In this document: piece by piece, positions 1 through 64,000 of the stretch
Numbering within the stretch: the first letter of the stretch is position 1
Layout of the letters: each line of letters begins with the position of its first letter
Origin: the human T2T-CHM13v2.0 reference genome, Homo sapiens
Assembly: GCF_009914755.1 (NCBI RefSeq)
Contig: NC_060931.1
Strand: one strand, 5' to 3'
DNA: 64,000 bases
Translations under genes and position numbers: made by a program
The notes under the pieces: generated by a model
What the model saw: the letters and a program-made list of their open reading frames with translations, nothing else
Database searches by the model: none
What the model was told of the DNA's origin: nothing

Positions 1-803
1 GGTTCTTAGGTTTAGTGTCAGGTCAAGAATGATGCAGATCCCCAGGCTCCCTACCTATGTTTTAACAGATATTTTAAAGAGGAATTGAGGAAGTGGAGTA
101 GTTCTAGACCCCATGAATTTAGTTCAAACTAATTATATTGCTAGAACAACCATGAGCCATCTGGGTTAGCATCATTTTTTTTCACAGATAGTAAATTGAG
201 GCTGTCAGGGGAAATACTATGACCAAGACCACATAGGTAATTGATGACAGAACAAATACTGCATGTGACTACATGGATGTGAAAAATAATACAAGTTTCA
301 GGTCCATGTGTTTTTACATTGATATTTTGATTACTATTAAATTGGGAATAAGCAAAATTTGCCTTTCTCTTTAGAGTGGTCATTTTGCCATTGAAGCTGA
401 GCTTCAGTAGACATTTTGTAATTTGGCGGAAAGATAGTCCATAAATATGATGTGTAAAAGAAAGTGCTTAATGGAATTGAGATTCAAAAAGCCTAGGAAC
501 ACTGAGGAGATGGGGGAAGCAGAAAGTCAGGGCAGATAAAGACGTTTGGGTGGATGAATTCACTCTCAGTTTGGCTGCGAGTCCCACTACTCATTCTCCA
601 GCATGACGTGTCTTTATGCATGTGGGGGTGGGTTGGGGGAGGGATAACAGAAAAAGTGGTAAAAGCAGGACTGAGCCAAAGGACAATTAACACAGCCACC
701 ATAATAATGAGTGCTACAACGTGGTGAACTCTCGTGGCAGGCAGTGTGCTACATGCCTTCTTTAGTTATCTCAGCAACTCCATTTTACTATTAGAATTCC
801 ATT

Positions 804-1116
<313 letters not shown>

Positions 1117-2030
1117 TTAAGATTAGAAATCCCATTTAATATTAGAAAACTAGGGGAACTAGTTTTCAAGCCCAGATCTCTAACATCATAGAGGTCATCT
1201 CTTTTTTTATGCCATTTTCCTTACTTATAGATAGACATTTCCTTTTTAAGTGATCCAGGAAATGAAAGAATTGGACTGTTACTGCTGCCTAGTGGTGTGA
1301 GATGTGAGAGGGAGTGTTTAGACAGGGAATTGAACACTATTACCTGAGTTCAGTATACATGTCAAAATCTGTCACATTTAAGTGAATGAAAGGATATAGT
1401 ATGGACATGTAATAAAACATTTTTGTACTTTGAATGGCTAAGTTTGAATGTACCTATGATATTGGATACTATTGGGAGTGAAATTTAACAAGAGATGCAA
1501 AGGGAAAAGCTCAGTAGTCTTCTAGAATAATCCTCTTCTCTCCCCCACTCTATTCCATTGGAGACAAACCTAGGTTGTAGAGAAGGGTACATTTTATTCT
1601 GGGCTTCACTGTTTATACAGGTAAAATTGGGATAGCATAAACAACAAAGATGTGGGGTAGAAGCGAAGTAACAAAATAAAACGTGGGGTAGTAAAATGAG
1701 GGAGATGTGGGAGAGAGACAGTCTCTTCCCTTCTTTATCTTGTGAATAGGGTGAAATTTAGGTCATTTCTTAGGTGGATATGTCTGATTGTCTTAGGGGT
1801 TTGTCATAATTGGTGTTGCTTGCTTGATTGGTTTTTAATGCCAGAGTGCCAGGCAAGGATTGGATGATGCAGTTAACCTGATGGCAGGGAGGGGGCCAAG
1901 CCCTAGGGAACCAACCAGTCGTGTGTTTTTGAAATCAACATTGGAAAAGAAGTACTCAGATGCCAGGAACTGATTAAGAACTCTATTTAGAGCCCAGAAC
2001 AGAGTTGTTTATCCTGAATAATAACAGTGA

Positions 2031-63667
<61,637 letters not shown>

Positions 63668-64000
63668 GTAAGAATCCTTGGCCTTCTTGATTGGCAGAGC
63701 CATGATTGAAAGAAGGATTACACTGGAGGAGCCCGAGGCCAGGGGTGGCCGCACAGCTCAGGGCACATCCTCATGGCTGCTGTGGTTTACTGGGGACCAG
63801 AGACAAAAGCTCTGCACGCGCTTTACCCAGCTGGGCATGTGCAAGTGACTAGACTCATTGCACAAATTTTTTGAATTTGTCTAGAAAGCACTTACGAGTG
63901 GTCATGCCACCAAAGGGTTCTCACAGCTAGGCTTCTTAGTTTTTTAGGCTTATGTGAATTCCATCACAGGAATTTTTTGGTGTCATCAATGGGTGGAAAT

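Overview
Human (primate) genomic DNA, not microbial: an internal 64 kb of the + strand gene MGAM (maltase-glucoamylase, glycoside hydrolase family 31). Neither the start nor the stop codon is in the window. I traced 49 GT-AG coding exons that join in one uninterrupted frame. Exons at 2097-12584 encode most of the N-terminal GH31 catalytic subunit (WIDMNE nucleophile, HWLGDN acid/base). A 23-exon, 2688-nt (896-aa) block at 18831-42187 encodes the end of the N-subunit, a trefoil domain and most of the C-terminal glucoamylase subunit. A second, near-identical copy of that block starts at 42534 and runs off the window end (15 exons visible, all intact). The duplication junction (12613/42534) falls in equivalent phase-2 introns of the ancient N/C duplication, so the frame is kept and a chimeric extra catalytic module results. 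The two copies carry different AluS insertions and large indels but share patches of ~99% identity, which points to an old duplication homogenised by gene conversion. Other notable items: a 3.6-kb copy-1-only TA-derived minisatellite with a 10x CACGTG array, a 47-bp AluYa5-type insertion with a perfect target-site duplication, a MADE1 split by an Alu, and inverted Alus bracketing the catalytic exons. The extra exon block is, to my knowledge, already described; I found no evidence of a wholly new gene system.
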